From the NCBI RefSeq assembly GCF_009914755.1, contig NC_060926.1: a stretch of DNA of 64,000 nucleotides; one strand, given 5' to 3'. The position numbers were made by a program, and so were the translations under genes. This stretch comes from the human T2T-CHM13v2.0 reference genome, Homo sapiens. This document shows, one piece after another, positions 39,569 to 61,178 of the stretch (position 1 is the first letter of the stretch; each line of letters begins with the position of its first letter). Below the pieces are notes generated by a model that saw only the letters and a program-made list of their open reading frames with translations, did no database searches and was not told the origin of the DNA.

Positions 39569-40974
39569 TGAAATATCTTCTAAATTATCTTCAGAGTTAC
39601 TTTGTGAAACTTGTCTGTATCATTTAAGACACAAGAAATGTGCTTGTTCTAAACTCCAATTTTGAAAAATAAATGAATGATCAATTCTTTTTACTGATAA
39701 GTAGGCATTTTAAAATCCTCTTTGCTCTTCACTTGGATACTTCAGAAGAGAGGTTCCCTGGCAGTGTGCGAGTGCTTATGTTATGATGCTGCAGAATCTC
39801 ACCTTTGACCTGGCTGGTATCAGACATTTGAGTGCATAGCACGAGGATTTTCATAGAGTTTACATTGACACCGTGTTTGGGAGTCCTTGAAGAAGCAGGA
39901 ACCAGGTGGCTTCAGTCCCCACCTCATATAAATGTCTCTATAATCAACACCAATCCCCATTCATTACTCATTTAACCAAGAGCTGGGCAGGCACCCAGGC
40001 CATATCTGAATGATTTAGCTGGGCCATCACACCTATCTAAGAAGGAGAGCAAAGATACCAGAAAAAGTTTGGCTGTCCATCAATGGTCACAAGTTAACAT
40101 GTGACCCTAAGGAGACCAAAAACACAGATATGAAATAAAAATTTACCTTGAAAAGAACATAAAGTCAAATCAGCAATATAAAGGTAAAATTGATGAGGAA
40201 AAAGAAAAACATGAAAATGAGAGAATAAATTGTCACTTCAGAAGATAATTTGTGAAGATCTAGCTTAAGAACTAACAATACTAGATAGAGCAAAGTCAGT
40301 AGCCAATGTACAGTAGCAAAAATTTTTTAATTAAAGAGAAAATGTTGAGGTGATGAGAATGAGATTCATACAGGCAAATGTACAGTGTGTGAATTGTATG
40401 TTAAATTTATTAATTTCAGTGATGAAGAATTTTACCGATATGAAAGGGAAAAGTTAAAAATAAGAACAAATTTAGATTGTTCTCAAACTTTTCTGTAATG
40501 AAAATAAAGGTCAGAAAACTGGATAAATTACCTACAGAGATATAAAAGATAAGACTTATGACTGATGAATTCTGTATTCTGTCAACTTGTTATTTTTATG
40601 TAAAGACAACAGAAAAATATTATCAGATATGTAAGGGCTCAAAAAGCATACCACTCTCAAACATTTCCTGGGGAAATAAAAAACACAGGCATGCTCCTCT
40701 TCAAGATAATTTATCTAGAGATTCAAAGAAAGAGTGTTCTAGGCTCTGCCTTCCCAGGAAGAATTGTGGAATGACATCCTCCAGGAACAGCTGATATGGT
40801 TTGGTCCACATGGTTAGTCCTTTTTGGAGAACTAAGTTACAAATGATGTAAATCCCTAAGGCCCTGATTCCTTAAGTGACTATCTTTTGGCACAATATTT
40901 TTCTACCTAGATTCAGAGAAGCAGCCAGAGTATACGACACAAAAAAGCAACCTATAAGCTATGTCAGTATAGGA

Positions 40975-41066
40975 AATGTGTCTGTTTTGTTCATTGCAGT
41001 GTCTATAGTACCTAGCATAGTACCTGCTGCAGATAGATAATTATTAAATATGTGTGGTTGAATGAT
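40975..41066 (+). mobile_element. L2 3'-end fragment
   Basis: tgtctgttttgttcattgcagtgtct...acctagcatagtacctg...taaatatgtgtggttgaatga. Confidence 0.65.
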
Positions 41067-41507
41067 TTAAAGGCAAGGAGGGGAACAGAGATGTACCTTC
41101 TAGCAGCAAGTTCTATTTAGTAGAACTCAATAAACGTATTGGTTGCTATTCTGTGCCAGGTGCTGACTCTAGTGTTGAAAAGCCAATGAATACAGACAGA
41201 AATACAGATAGAGTACATGCTGCCCTGTGTTGTTATTTTGTCTATGGTTGGAAAGTTCACTGTATTGGAACATTTTGAGTGGAAGCTGGGATGTGTCCTT
41301 TTAATGCCAGTCTCCCCAGTTAGGAAGAGTCATCCAGGTATCACATCATTTTAAAGTGATTATGTGGTGAAACTCGCTAGACTATCAATGCTTACCAGCC
41401 CTTGCTGGGTAGATAACTTCTCTATTCTATTAACTGGTCATATAGAGTTAGGTTTGAGGACAGGAGGAAAACTGTGCTAACATAAAGGTATAATACATTC
41501 TGCTCTT

Positions 41508-41835
<328 letters not shown>

Positions 41836-42576
41836 TTAGGACACTTTGGTGAGTTGACATATATTGTGATGGCTTCTGTTTAAAATTCATATATGGTGTT
41901 TAACTTCTGCTGGGAGGGCAGCCACCTAGAACATTCTTTCTTTGGATATAATCTTAAGTGAGCAGGACCATTCACCTTTCTTCTTGGCTCAACAATGTTG
42001 TAGAAAAATAGTGTGAAAACTACCTGATACCTTGGAAGCAAAGATTTCAGTAATACTTCAAGAAAGTGATTATGTGGAAAATAAAGCCTGAAGTTCTCAA
42101 CAGATCATTCTGAGATCTCGAGAGTGGAAGGGGTGCCATTACCAGAATCATCAGCATTAATGTAGCTTGTGCCCATAGATCCATATGTTCTCAATAGTCA
42201 AGCACTCTAGCGCCACTTATTAAGAGGCAATTCTCTTGCCCTCCAAATAACTTCACTATAGAATGGTAGAAATGGAAACATTCTTTCATTGCCTTATGTA
42301 AAGATAGATAGAACTTGGAAAAATAATGTTATCATAAGACAGCATGGCCGGGCTTAAAGAAAGTTTTTTTTTTTTAATACTCTAAGTTCTAGGGTACATT
42401 GTGCACAATATGCAGGTTGGTTACATATGTATAATGTGCCATGTTGGTGTGCTGCACTCATTAACTTGTCATTTAACATAAGGTATATCTCCTAATGCTA
42501 TCCTCCCACTCCCATCACCCCACGACAGGCCCCGATGTGTGATGTTCCCCACCCCGTGTCCAAGTATTCTAAGTGT

Positions 42577-44292
<1,716 letters not shown>

Positions 44293-44294
<2 letters not shown>

Positions 44295-45297
44295 GGCCAA
44301 ATAGGAACAGCTCCAGTCTACAGCTCCCAGCATGAGTGACGTAAAAAACAGGTGATTTCTGCATTTCCAACCAAGGTACTGGGTTCATCTCACTGGGGCT
44401 TGTCGGACAGTGGGTGCAGGACAGTGGGTGCAGCCCACTGAGCATTAGCCGAAGCAGGGCGAGGCATCGCCTCACCCAGGAAGTGCAAGGGGTCAGGGAA
44501 TTCCCTTTCCTAGCCAAGGGTAGCTGTGACAGACAGCACCTGGAAAATCGGGTCACTCCCACCCTAATACTGTGCTTTTCCAATGGTCTTAGCACACCAG
44601 GAGATTATATCCTGCACCTGGCTTGGAGGGTCCCATGCCCATGGAGACTCGCTCATTGCTAGCACAGCAGTCTGAGATCGAACTGCAAGGTGGCAGCAAG
44701 GCTGGGGGAGGGGTCCCCGCCATTGCTGAGGTTTGAGTAGGTAAACAAAGTAGCCTGGAAGCTCGAACTGGGTGGAGCCCACCACAGCTCAAGGAGGCCT
44801 GCCTGCCTCTGTAGACTCCACCTCTGGGGGCAGGGCATAGCCAAACAAAAGGCAGCAGAAACCTCTGAAGACTTAAATGTCCCTGTCTGACAGCTTTGAA
44901 GAGAGTAGTGGTTCTCCCAGCACAAAGTTTGAGATCTGAGAACGGACAGACTGCCTCCTCAAGTGGGTCCCTGGCCCCTGAGTAGCCTAACTGGGAGGCA
45001 TCCCCAGTAGGGGCAGACTGACACCCCACACAGCCGAGTACCCCTCTGAGACGGAGCTTCCAGAGGAAAAATCAGGCAGCAACATTTGCTGTTCAGCAAT
45101 ATTCACTGTACTGCAGCCTCTGCTGCTGATACCCAGGAGAAAAAGGTCTGGAGTGGACCTCCAGCAAGCTCCAACAGAACTGCAGCTGAGGGTCCTGACT
45201 ATTAGAAGGAAAACTAATGAACAGAAAGGACATCCATACCAAAACCCCATCTGTACGACACCATCATCAAGGACCAAAGGTAGACAAAACCACAAAG
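44293..45297 (+). promoter_or_regulatory. L1 5'UTR (internal sense promoter and antisense promoter), lacking roughly the first 12 nt
   Basis: Starts atggccaaataggaacagctccagtctacagctcccagc. CpGs largely decayed. Confidence 0.9.
44589..44723 (-). pseudogene. L1 ORF0 remnant (antisense), truncated by a frameshift
   Basis: MAGTPPPALLPPCSSISDCCASNER... The C-terminal part (LEKHSIRVGVTRFSRC) is in another frame. Confidence 0.8.
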
Positions 45298-46315
45298 ATG
45301 GGGAAAAAACAGAGCAGAACATCTGAAAATTCTAAAAATCAGAGCGCCTCTCCCCCTCCAAAGGAATGCAGCTCCTCGCTAACAATGGAACAAAGCTGGA
45401 CGGAGAATGACCTTTAAGAGTTGAGAGAAGAAGGCTTCAGATGATCAAACTTCTCTGAGCTAAAGGAGGAATTTCAAACCCATCGTAAAGAAGCTAAAAA
45501 CCTTGAAAAAAGATTAGATGAATGGCTAACTAGAATAACCAATGTAGAGAAGTCCTTAAAAGACCTGATGGAGCTGAAAACCATGGCACAAGAACTACAT
45601 GACAAATGCACAAGCTTCAGTAGCCGATTTGATCAACTGGAAGAAAGGGTATCAGTGACTGAAGATCAAATGAATGAAATGAAGCAAGAAGAGAAGTTTA
45701 GAGAAAAAAGAGAAAAAAGAAAGAAACAAAACTTCCAAGAAATTTGGGACTATGTGAAAAGACCAAATCTACGTCTGATTGGTGTACCTGAAAGTGACGG
45801 GGAGAATGGAACCAAGTTAGAAAACACTCTGCAGGATATTATCCAGGAGAACTTTCCCAACCTAGCAAGGCAGGCCAACATTTAAATTCAGGAAATACAG
45901 AGAATGCCACAAAGATACTCCTTGAGAAGAGCAACTCCAAGACACATAATTGTCAGATTCACCAAAGTTGAAATGAAGGAAAAAATGTTAAGGGCAGCCA
46001 GAGAGAAAGGTTGGGTTACCCACAAAGGGAAGCCTATCAGACTAAGAGCGGATCTCTCAGCAGAAATTCTACAAGCCAGAAGAGAGTAGGGGCCAATATT
46101 CAACATTCTTAAAGAAAAGAATTTTCAACCCAGAATTTCATATCCAGGCAAACTAAGCTTCATAAGTGAAGGAGAACTAAAATCCTTTACAGACAAGCAA
46201 ATGCTGAGAGATTTTTGTCACTACCAGGCTTGCCCTACAAGAGCTCCTGAAGGAAGCACTAAACATGGAAAGGAACAACTGGTACCAGCCACTGCAAAAA
46301 CATGCCAAATTGTAA
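45298..46315 (+). pseudogene. L1 ORF1p, disrupted by stops and a frameshift
   Basis: MGKKQSRTSENSKNQSASPPPKE, EIWDYVKRPNLRLIGVPE, RATPRHIIVRFTKVEMKEKMLRAAREKG. Stops at 45415-17, 45883-85 and 46087-89. Confidence 0.93.
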
Positions 46316-46378
46316 AGACCATCGATGCTAAGAAGAAACTGCATCAACTAACAAGCAAAATAACCAGCTAACATCATA

Positions 46379-48564
<2,186 letters not shown>

Positions 48565-48618
48565 TGATATCAAGCAGCAGTAATTTATGATACAACACCA
48601 AAAGCTTTCCCAGATAAT

Positions 48619-48735
48619 GCTGGGCATCTCAGCCACTCAGGAGGCTTAGGCGGGAGGAGCATTTGAACCCAGGAGTTTAAGTCCAGCCTGGGTAAGAAAA
48701 CAATGCCCTGTCTCTAAAAATAATAACAACAATAA
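48619..48735 (+). mobile_element. FLAM (free left Alu monomer) with internal deletion and degenerate TSD
   Basis: gctgggc|atctcagccactcaggaggct...ttgaacccaggagttt...ccagcctggg...tgtctctaaaaa. Flanks aaaagctttcccagataa and aaaagcttttctcgataa. Confidence 0.8.
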
Positions 48736-49631
48736 AAAGCTTTTCTCGATAAAACTGTAAATCCAAAGTAGCCCAGAGGTAATATGAAACTGAGTACCAG
48801 AGGAAGGCAAGAAGGGATATTACAAAAGCAAGCAATTCAATAATGGAGCAGCCTGTATTAATTTTGCAGAGTACTTTCTTTAGCTTTAGAGTGTTGTGCA
48901 TTTAATATGAGAGACTTCACTTTAGGAAATGTCCATCTTGAGCCAGAACACTGGTTTCTTCACTGGTAATAATTACCAAATACTGGAGAAGTTTTTTATA
49001 AAATTGACATGCTGGATGTTTTGTCTTCCTAGGAATGCATCACAGAATCATAGATGAATCACTTCTTTGAATGCTTCTGATGCAACCGTTGCGTCCACCT
49101 CTGATTTGGAATCAATTATTGTAATTGAGTTGCAGATATTTCTTATTTTACTCTCATTGATGTGGAACACTGTTTGTATAACTAACTTTGGTGCATACAC
49201 GGAGTCATTCAGACTTATTTTGGGGGCTCTAACATTCCTGCAAAATCTTACATTTGTGTTTTTGCATGTTTGATAGTCTAAAAGGTTAATCTTCTTAATG
49301 TCTCTTCATGAAATACAACCATATATTTTCAGTGCCTGAGTTTGCATTTATATTTAGGATCCATATTAAAGAAAGGTCAAATGATATCACAGAATTTTGT
49401 TGTAGAATTGAAGGTTTGTAACAATTCATGTAATGAAGATAGATGGCATAATGAAATTTTTATGAGAAAAATAACTATATAGGCTGGATGTTGGCTGTGG
49501 CACACCTCTAGAAGGCTAGCCTAGCCTTCTTCACATGGCAGACTCGTCCACATTTATCTAAATCAGGTTCAAGTGTGGATGAGGCTGCCATGTGATTATT
49601 AGCTGTTGGAATTTGAATTACTGCCATTATA

Positions 49632-51660
<2,029 letters not shown>

Positions 51661-51689
51661 TTTATCTGAGCATTGAGGTAATACCCAAT

Positions 51690-52250
51690 AATTTTGAAAA
51701 ATTAAAAAAAGACAAAAAAATCACAAATCCAAGAAACTCAGAGAATACCAAGTAGGCTAACACACATACATTTTCAATCTCTCCGTCTCTCTCCCTCTCT
51801 CTCACATGTACACACACAAATGCACACACACACACACCATATTCACTGCCAAAAAACAAAACAAATACAATCTTGAAGGCATAGATGGGAAAAAATGTAC
51901 ATTACATGCATAATAAACTACAATAATTATAGCGTATTCACATCAGAAATTATGTGTGCTAGAAAATAATGAAGTGACATTTTTAATGTAATGAAAGGAA
52001 AAAGTCAATCAAGGATTCTATATCTAGCAAATATATCTTTCAAAAATGGAGAAAAAGAAAAAGTCTTTTTCAGACAAACAGGAATGAGAAATGTCATCAT
52101 GTGGTGAACTTTCAGTACAAAAAATGTTAAAGGAAAATAAGCAGAAACAATATGATTTTAGACAAAAACTTGGATCTACTGAGATAAAGAATGCTAGAAA
52201 TAACATAAAGAAGTTAAATAAAATATACTTTTTAACCTTATTTTCAAGGT
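51690..52250 (+). mobile_element. Old L1M/HAL1 ORF1-region remnant with (CT)n(CA)n tract at ~51776-51836
   Basis: aaatccaagaaactcagagaatacca...aggattctatatctagcaaatatatctttcaaaaatg...ttttcagacaaaca. Confidence 0.6.
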
Positions 52251-52257
52251 TCTAAAG

Positions 52258-52450
52258 CAGCTTTGTCCAATAGAATTTCTCCAACAATTAAATTTTATTT
52301 CTGTGCCACCAATAAGACTAGCCACATGTGGCTGTTGAACACTTGAGATGTGTCAAGTATTACTGAGGAATTGGGTTTTAAATTTTATTTAATTTTAATT
52401 AGTTTAAACTACCCACATGTGTCTAGTGACTACTTTTTTAGACTTCAACC
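52258..52450. mobile_element. MER3-like hAT MITE
   Basis: cagctttgtccaatagaa...ctagccacatgtggctgttgaacacttga...ttttatttaattttaatt...ccacatgtgtctagtgactac. Confidence 0.75.
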
Positions 52451-52574
52451 CTAACACATAATGAAAGCAAAAAAAGTAGCAACTGTGTTTATAATGTATA
52501 TTAAAGAAAATGTATTACACCAATGACATAAATGAAAGGAGGAAGAAGTAGAAAATATAATCTTATTTAAAATT

Positions 52575-52955
52575 CATGTTCATGCCAGCTTTATACGTAA
52601 TCAGGGAAAAAAATGGAAACAACCCAAATGTCCCTGAACTGGGGAATGAATAAACAAATCTTAGCACATTTATACAACAGAATAGTGTCCAGCAATACAA
52701 AGGAATGAACTATTGACAAAAACAACAATAAGAATAAATCTCAAATACAACACATTAAGTGACATAAGCCAATGTCTAAAGGCTGCATATGACATGGTTT
52801 CATTTATATGGCATTTTGGAAAGGCAAAGCATATGTGAAGAAAAAGATCTGTGCTTGCTAGGAGTTAAAAAGGAAGCCTTGAATAAAAAGGGCCACAGAA
52901 ATTTACACCACAAGGTAAAATTTACTGTACTTTAATTATTTTTTAATTTTAAAAA
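52575..52955 (+). mobile_element. Old L1M (L1ME/MD-like) 3' fragment
   Basis: tggaaacaacccaaatgtcc...gaataaacaaat...aaggaatgaactattga...ccatttatatg-like...ggaaaggcaaa. Confidence 0.7.
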
Positions 52956-55499
52956 TGAAAAGCCCTATTATATCTAAAGTAGGAAGAGTTATAAAATAGA
53001 GTAATCATTATATTTTAATTTTAATTTATATTAATGAACTGTCTTTTTAATGCCTATAATGTCTAAGTCATAGTTCATTTCCAAACGAAATTATTATGAG
53101 TCTAGAATCAGAAGTGTGGTTTAAAATAGTATTTTACACTTCCTGTTAAGTCATCATCAATTCAATTAGGTTGCTGATCTAGATATTCATTTTCACACTG
53201 GTCTTTCAACTAATGTTCCTCACTCCTATATGGTGCCTTTATTTCCTCTAGTCTTTTTACCCAGCACCCTAATCCTGCTACAGGGTATAGGCTCTTTCTA
53301 GTGGATGTGTGTGAGATTCTTCCAGCTCTCCATGAAGAGTGAGACAGGAAAGAAAACCCCATCCAGTCACTTCAGCCTTAAAGGGCCTTCTTTGTTTTTC
53401 CAATGAGCATAAAAATGTATGAATACTACATAGAACAAAAGTTATCTCTAAATGTAATACAAGTGAAGACTCTGAGGAATTCTCCTCTAAAGAAAACTCT
53501 TTTTTCTTTTTTTTGTCCCAGAGCTCCCCATAATTTTTTTTTTTACTTTGTAATCTTTTCTTCAGTTTTATTTCATAGGACTCTGTGGCATACAGTATGG
53601 AAAATGCCTAAGCTGTGTTTTTTTCACAGGTTATGAGTGTAAAGGTAAAAACCACCAAGTGGGAGAAAAACAGAGCCGGAAACTTGTCTCCTAGATAGAA
53701 ATAGCAATTTTTCCCCTTTGTTCTGGGTACAAGTCCAGGAAAAAAGGGAAGACAAGTGAAGCTGGAGGTGACAGAAATTATTCTTATTTTTTTTTCCTTA
53801 AGGAGCACCCATTCAGTATTCTTATTTAATGAACGTTCACAAAGTGCTAGCATTGAATAAAGCAGATTTGATTTGTGGTTTTATGAAGGTTACAGTCTAG
53901 TATGAAGCATCCAAAGAGATGAACAAATCAAAATTCCAAATGAATATGTACTATGAAGCATTACCAATCCTATAAAAATTTTCCCTTGGTATGAGTATTG
54001 CCAATATCTTTCAAATACTCTGATTTCCAATATAGCTTATTTTTCATCTTTGAATACATTTTTTTTTTTTTGCTTTATGTAGCCTTCTTTATATTTAGGA
54101 AAATTTCTTGCTTATTCTAATTATTCATCATTATGTATGTAAGACCAAGGGCACCTTGATTCAGATAGAATGTTAACAGGCCACATTCTACTCTGTTTGT
54201 CTATTATGCTTGGTAATACTCAATATCTATAAGGATGCTGAAGTACAGAAAAGAAATGCTAAAATAAGATAAATGAAGGGCAGTTGACCAACCCCGAATT
54301 GAATGCATTTTGCGAGTTCCATACAATGGCAAATTCATTTCTGTAGATAAAAAATGTATTGCTGAATTCAACAACAGCCTAGATTCCTGGAATGATGCCA
54401 TTTATATTTATGGAATTAATATCAATTATTTTATCATAATTTCAAATTACACAGAGAATCAATTTGTAGAAACTAAGTCCAAGATCACCCAGTGTCAAAC
54501 CAGAAGTTAAAAGGCAAAAGCAAGTGTGATTTGAAAACACAAGATGTGAAGTGGAGATGGCAGGAGTTATCACACAGGGCACCAGGAATCTCAGCCAAGC
54601 CATGCAAGGATGACTGAGAACAGAAGCTCAGCTCTTTAGAAATACAATGTAAGAATCAGGTAGAGCCAGCATCCTGGAGTATAGGCACAGTATCTCCTCA
54701 GGTTCAGAGACCCACAGAAGAAACAGAGAAATCCTGAGCATCCAAGAGAACTGGGCCGAAGGGAGCCCAGATTGCAGCCTGGCTATTTCATCGGGGCACT
54801 TCTAAGAACCATTAACCTATATTTGTATTAAAGCAGGCTTTAGCCATTCGGTAACAGTAGCAGTGATTTTTTCAGAACCCTACTAGTAAATGATATATAA
54901 ATGTAGATGGCATGCAAGAACCATGGAAGGGGGACAAAACATGACTGGTATATGGAGGTCTCATCTAGATGAGAAACACATGCTATGCACATTGTTCTTT
55001 TCTGCTACTGCCAACTTGACTTCTATCCCAACTCTCTAGATCTTAGCATCTTCTGAGATCTTGGCCCATTGTTACTTCTCTGATTTTAGTTTGTTATTCT
55101 CCTGTCTGCAGTTTCTTCAGCTAAGTTTTCTTTGTCTTACCTGTGACAATTTTTGCTAGCCACTCGGTCTCTCGGCTACCTTTGCCATCCCATTCAGGTC
55201 CCATGGGTACACTCATCTGTACTCAACAAAACTTAGTGCCCCAGAAGACAGGTGGGAAATTTCAAGTCTTTCTTGTGCCTAAAAACCCTAAGTAGATGTT
55301 TTTACTTCCATGTCTTTACTTTCTAAAGATGCCTTTACTTCATATGACCTTGGTCATAAGTTCTAATGCTAGACTACTACCTTCAAGATAGTCCCTATGA
55401 CAATACAGAACAAAAGTGTTTTTACAGACCTATGTCCTCTAAATATCAAGGGACAAATCTATCATCTCCTTGACAGAGTTTTAATGTTAATAGAGATGA

Positions 55500-55852
<353 letters not shown>

Positions 55853-56594
55853 CATTGCATGATCTCTAACTCCCTTCTTTACCTCCCTGATTTCTGATTT
55901 CTGGTGTTTGTGGTTGTGTGTGGATGTGTGAATAAAGGAGAAAAAAATGTGTTTTTAAAACATGTTCTGCCTATTTGCATTTCCTAGGCAGTTTTTTCTG
56001 TCTCACAGCTCAATGGTGCCTTTGGTGGCCCAGAAGTCAAGAATCTGTCAACTTTGATAACTGGCCTGTAAGCTTACAACCCCTTCTAGAGTTAACAAAA
56101 GCCCAGGGCTTCTAGCCATGAATGAAGGTAATCACACGGAAAAGGAACAGAATACGCTAGTTACTGTTTAAAATAAATACATGGGAATTTATGTAACCAG
56201 TATGCTAAACTAGCCCAACTGGTGGGATGCAATCACAAGGTATTTCCACATACTTCCTTTAACTTTGCTCTGTGGGACTAGTTTTGCCCCAGCAACGAAA
56301 AGTCTGATACTTCTGCATCTTTTGTAGTTACTTTTAAGCAATGGAAATCCACAAATTTCAAGACACAAATCGTAAAGTCAAGTTGCTACTGAAAATTCCC
56401 AGTCCCACATATTAGTAAAACTTCCAAATTCATTTAAAGTTACAGTTCCTCTCCTTCCTTCAACTAAGTACTACTTCAACTTAAAAAAGGCAAAGAACAG
56501 CTAATTTCTATTCTCTTCCCAATTCTTCCTCCCCCACTAAATTTCCAACCCCTTTGGAGCTGTAGCTTAAAGGCAGAAGGTTGGAAGCAAAAGC

Positions 56595-56975
56595 AACCAG
56601 CTGCGTGCTCAACAAACCCATTTCTCCTTCCTGAGTATCCCACCTCCCTTCATCTAGTTAGGGCCATGTGATTAATTTTTATTAGTGGAATGCAAATGGA
56701 AGTGATGAATAGCGGTCTTAGGTAGCTTAGAATGGAATTTCTTAAGTGTGTCTTTTCCATACTTTATTTCATTATCTCCCGGCCAGATTTAGAAACACAA
56801 TGAAACACTGTAAGGCAGAGTCAATAAATGAAAGGTGGCTAACTTCGTCGATGATCAGATAGAAGGAGACTGCCCACTCAACACCCAATTAAGCTATGAT
56901 GGGAATGAGAAATAACCATGATTAGGTTGGGGGCCATTTCTTATGGCAGCTTATGTTACTTACCCAATTGACACT
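56595..56975 (+). mobile_element. Old MLT1 (J/K-like) LTR
   Basis: agttagggccatgtga...tggaatgcaaatggaagtgatg...tgagaaataa...ttatggcagctta. Confidence 0.55.
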
Positions 56976-57985
56976 GGCAGAGAGGAAGATAAGAAAGGAA
57001 GAAATATTTATACTTGGCTGGCACAAGTATGGTGGGTCTTAGGAGATACCCTTTGGCCATTAATTCATACCTCTTACTAATAATATTCTGGACTCAGGTA
57101 ATATATTCTTGCCTTATTTGATACTTACCTCTACCCTTTTTGGAATCTGCAGTTATATTCAACATCTCCCTTACGATGCTTGCCTGAGCATGTAGTATAA
57201 TACCCAACTGGCCCACTGGAAATAGTCATACATCCTTTGCTCTAACAGACTCTCAAAGTGAAGGCCATTACACATCACCGTCTCACCTTTACTACCTTCA
57301 TTTCCACCACTGGAGCAGCTTTCCAGCCTGCTTTTGCTGTTTAGATTTCCAAATAGAAACCAGCTTAATGTATCAACCTTACTGAAGGGGATGAATATCA
57401 ATTGTATATGAGCATATTAGCTTTATTTTGTCAATTTTTGATAGTAAGAATTCATGATCTCCAATTTTTCCTTTTTTACATGGTCTAGTCATATTTTATT
57501 GATGTTACCATCTTCCTGAAGTTCACTGAGAAAACTCAATGCATTTAAAATTATGAAAGTTAGCTAGTTTTCTGCATTAAATCTGTTTTTGATGCTCATT
57601 AATCCCTTTCACTAGACTTGAGCTATGAGACAGGATGCCATGTCCAAGTCCCCTTGATGGGCTGGATTTATAGGACACCAGCACCTTCCTCAAAATGTCC
57701 TTTTTACTTCACAATGCACCCGCTAACCCTCTTTGACTCAATGTGAAGCATTTAAGACGTTTTAAAGTATATTTTCACCTGAACCACTTGAAACTTTCCA
57801 TTTTGGTCTGGCACCTGTTTTCAGAATGTTATATCTATTGCATTTTACTATCTATAGTGAAAATTTAAATACAATTACATTTACTTGGATGTAGAATACT
57901 AGAGCTCTCAGTGAGTTTCTCTCAGAACTCTCTAGACAATGCTGGGTTATCATCAAGCATTTCATACTGCAAATATAAAACCACG

Positions 57986-58728
<743 letters not shown>

Positions 58729-59881
58729 AAAACACCAAGTTCTTAATTGATCTTTCTCACTGTATGCATGTAGAGAATTATTGTCCTAGGCATCCATATA
58801 CTTAATCAGAATTTTTTAGTCTGAAGACTCAGATCTTTCTTCAGGAAAATTATCTTCTATTATCCCTTAAATTATTGGTTCTATTATATTAACATTGTAC
58901 TGTCTTTCTGGAAATTCTGGTATATAAATATCATGACTCTCAGATGCATCTTCTACATTTGTTATCTTTTTTCTCATTTCTTTTTAATATCTTTCTGAAT
59001 TCTTAGATAATTCCTCAAGTTAATTTACTAATCTCTTTGTTAGCAATATCCATTCTGCTCACTGTGTGATTTTCTGGTTAATTTCAGCAATAATGTTTTA
59101 TGCTAAACACTCTGGTACTTCGATTTTTTTCTTTTCCATGACCATATAATCTCTTTGAATGCAGCAACCTTTCTAATCTCACTGAAGATATGAATAACAA
59201 TTTTCTTAACGTTTTCCGTGGTTTGCATCATTAATCTTGTTTTTTTGAGGGATATTAGAACTCACTGTCACTATTGCTTCCCTCCTTTCAGCTGATTTTT
59301 TTCAAAAGTCTGATGATAAATATTTTACTGTCTGATTATATACCTACCTCCAAATTAATGTCCTTAGTAGGGTTTTTTTTAAATGGGCCCAAGGAAGAGT
59401 AGCTATTATCTTTTATTTCAATGGAAATAATAAAATGAATTCCCAGAAGTGCAAAAATCACACTAATTTTTCATATAAATAAAAAGTTTTTTAAAAACCT
59501 AAATATGAATAAAGTGAATATTAAAGAGCAATTTTACCAGCCCTGATTAAAATGTAAATTATAATTATGTAATCGGAAAAACTTAGATTGGCCATACAAA
59601 ATCATTCTGAGGAAGGTGCCTCTAAATTTGTCGTCTAGCAAAATACATTCTAAAATTATGTTCTCTCTGATTATATTTTAATGAAAAGACAACAAAAAGA
59701 TGCTCTGTTTCTCCTTTTCCTAGCCTCTGCCCCTCTGTCTCCTACTTTCTCATTTCCCAAATTGCAATAATCTAGAACAGGTTTATTTTGAAGTCATGAT
59801 CAGGTGTGCTGAGACAGAGAAGAGAGTATGGGAAGAGTCTCTTTTCCTGAGATCATACAAGAGGCAAAAAAAAAGAAGTTT

Positions 59882-60168
59882 ACAATACTGTAATGTGTGC
59901 TTAAAAATTCTGTTAAGAGAGCGGATCTTAGTAAGTGTTCTTAACACACACGTACAAACACGTACACATACAAAATAAAACAAAACAAAAACCTAAAGGA
60001 TGGAAGGAAACTTGTAGAGGTGCTAGATATACTTATTACCTTGATTGTGGCTATGGTTTCACAGGTGTATTCATAAATCCAAACTCATCAAGTTGTATAT
60101 ATTAAATATGTGCAGCTTTTAAATAACAATTAAAGTGCAATAAAACTGTTAAAATAAATAAATAAATA
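59882..60168 (+). mobile_element. Old L1M 3'UTR with (AAAT)n tail
   Basis: ttaagagagcggatctt...ttattaccttgattgtgg...ggtttcacaggtgtat...aaactcatcaagttgtatatattaaatatgtgcag...caataaa. Confidence 0.78.
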
Positions 60169-61178
60169 GACTTTGAAAAACTTTAAAAGAAGAAGACAGA
60201 CGGAAGATGTGAATCCTAAAGGCCTTCAACTCCAGAGTGGAGTCTGCTTGGTTTGATAGAACCAAGGAGGAGAAGCAACTGAAGAGTAGGCTGGAGTTTG
60301 TTACATGGAAGAGGCCACATACATGTTACTCAGCAAAGAGAAATCTTAAACTCATTCTAGATTAAACCCAAAGTGAAAATGATACTTTTGGTCAGCTGAG
60401 CTGAACAGACTGTGTTGTGGCATAGATTCAGAGTAAGATTTTTATTTTCAGAATTTTAAAATACTATGAATTAATTCAGAAAATACAATATTATAATGAA
60501 TGCTATAATGGATTTACTTCAGTGTCTATTTCAGTTGACGGTTCATAACAATAGAGACTGCATTCTAAATGGAAGGTCATCAAGAATTTTAAAGCTAGTT
60601 TTGTGATTTTAACCTGTAGCTAACATCAAGGGTCTCAAAGGATTAGGAGTTGGAGATTATAGGAGAAATACATTTCCTTGGAAAAGTATCTTCACCTTTC
60701 TTCCATACATGCACACAGGGATGAAGGGTGCTTTCTCCTGACCCCAAACCTAGTGGGAAGGGCTTCAACTACATCAGTCAGAAGTTTGCACAATGTACTA
60801 GGGATTTGGAAACGTGGGCTAGTTCCTGGCCCGAGCCTGAAAAACATAAAGGCTTAGGAATTGTGGCAGCGCAGCTATTCTGGTAGTGACACCTTGGGAT
60901 CAGCCTAGATTTCCAAATGTTACTCAGGTTAAATTTTTTTTTTAAACCAGATGAGGGTCATACACCCAAAAATGAGAGCATCATATTGTTCCAGTTCCTA
61001 TCTCAGAACTCTATTCAAAGAGGTAAAAAGCCTATTTTAAAAAGAATTTAGGTATGACTGGCAGCTAAAGAAGGATTCACCAGCATTCAGTCAGGGCAAA
61101 ATAATTCATTTATGCCAAGAGAACTGCAGACAGTGAGGAAGAGAGAGAACTGACCTTATCAGTCAGGATAGACTAGAA

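Noticed and set aside
40100-40700. A-rich segment possibly from an old L1 ORF1 region
   Set aside because: Too degraded to call by eye; left unannotated.
57121-57130. atacttacct, identical to the U1 snRNA 5' end
   Set aside because: The match stops after 10 nt (no ggcagggg). It is simply a minus-strand donor-like motif with no convincing partner acceptor.
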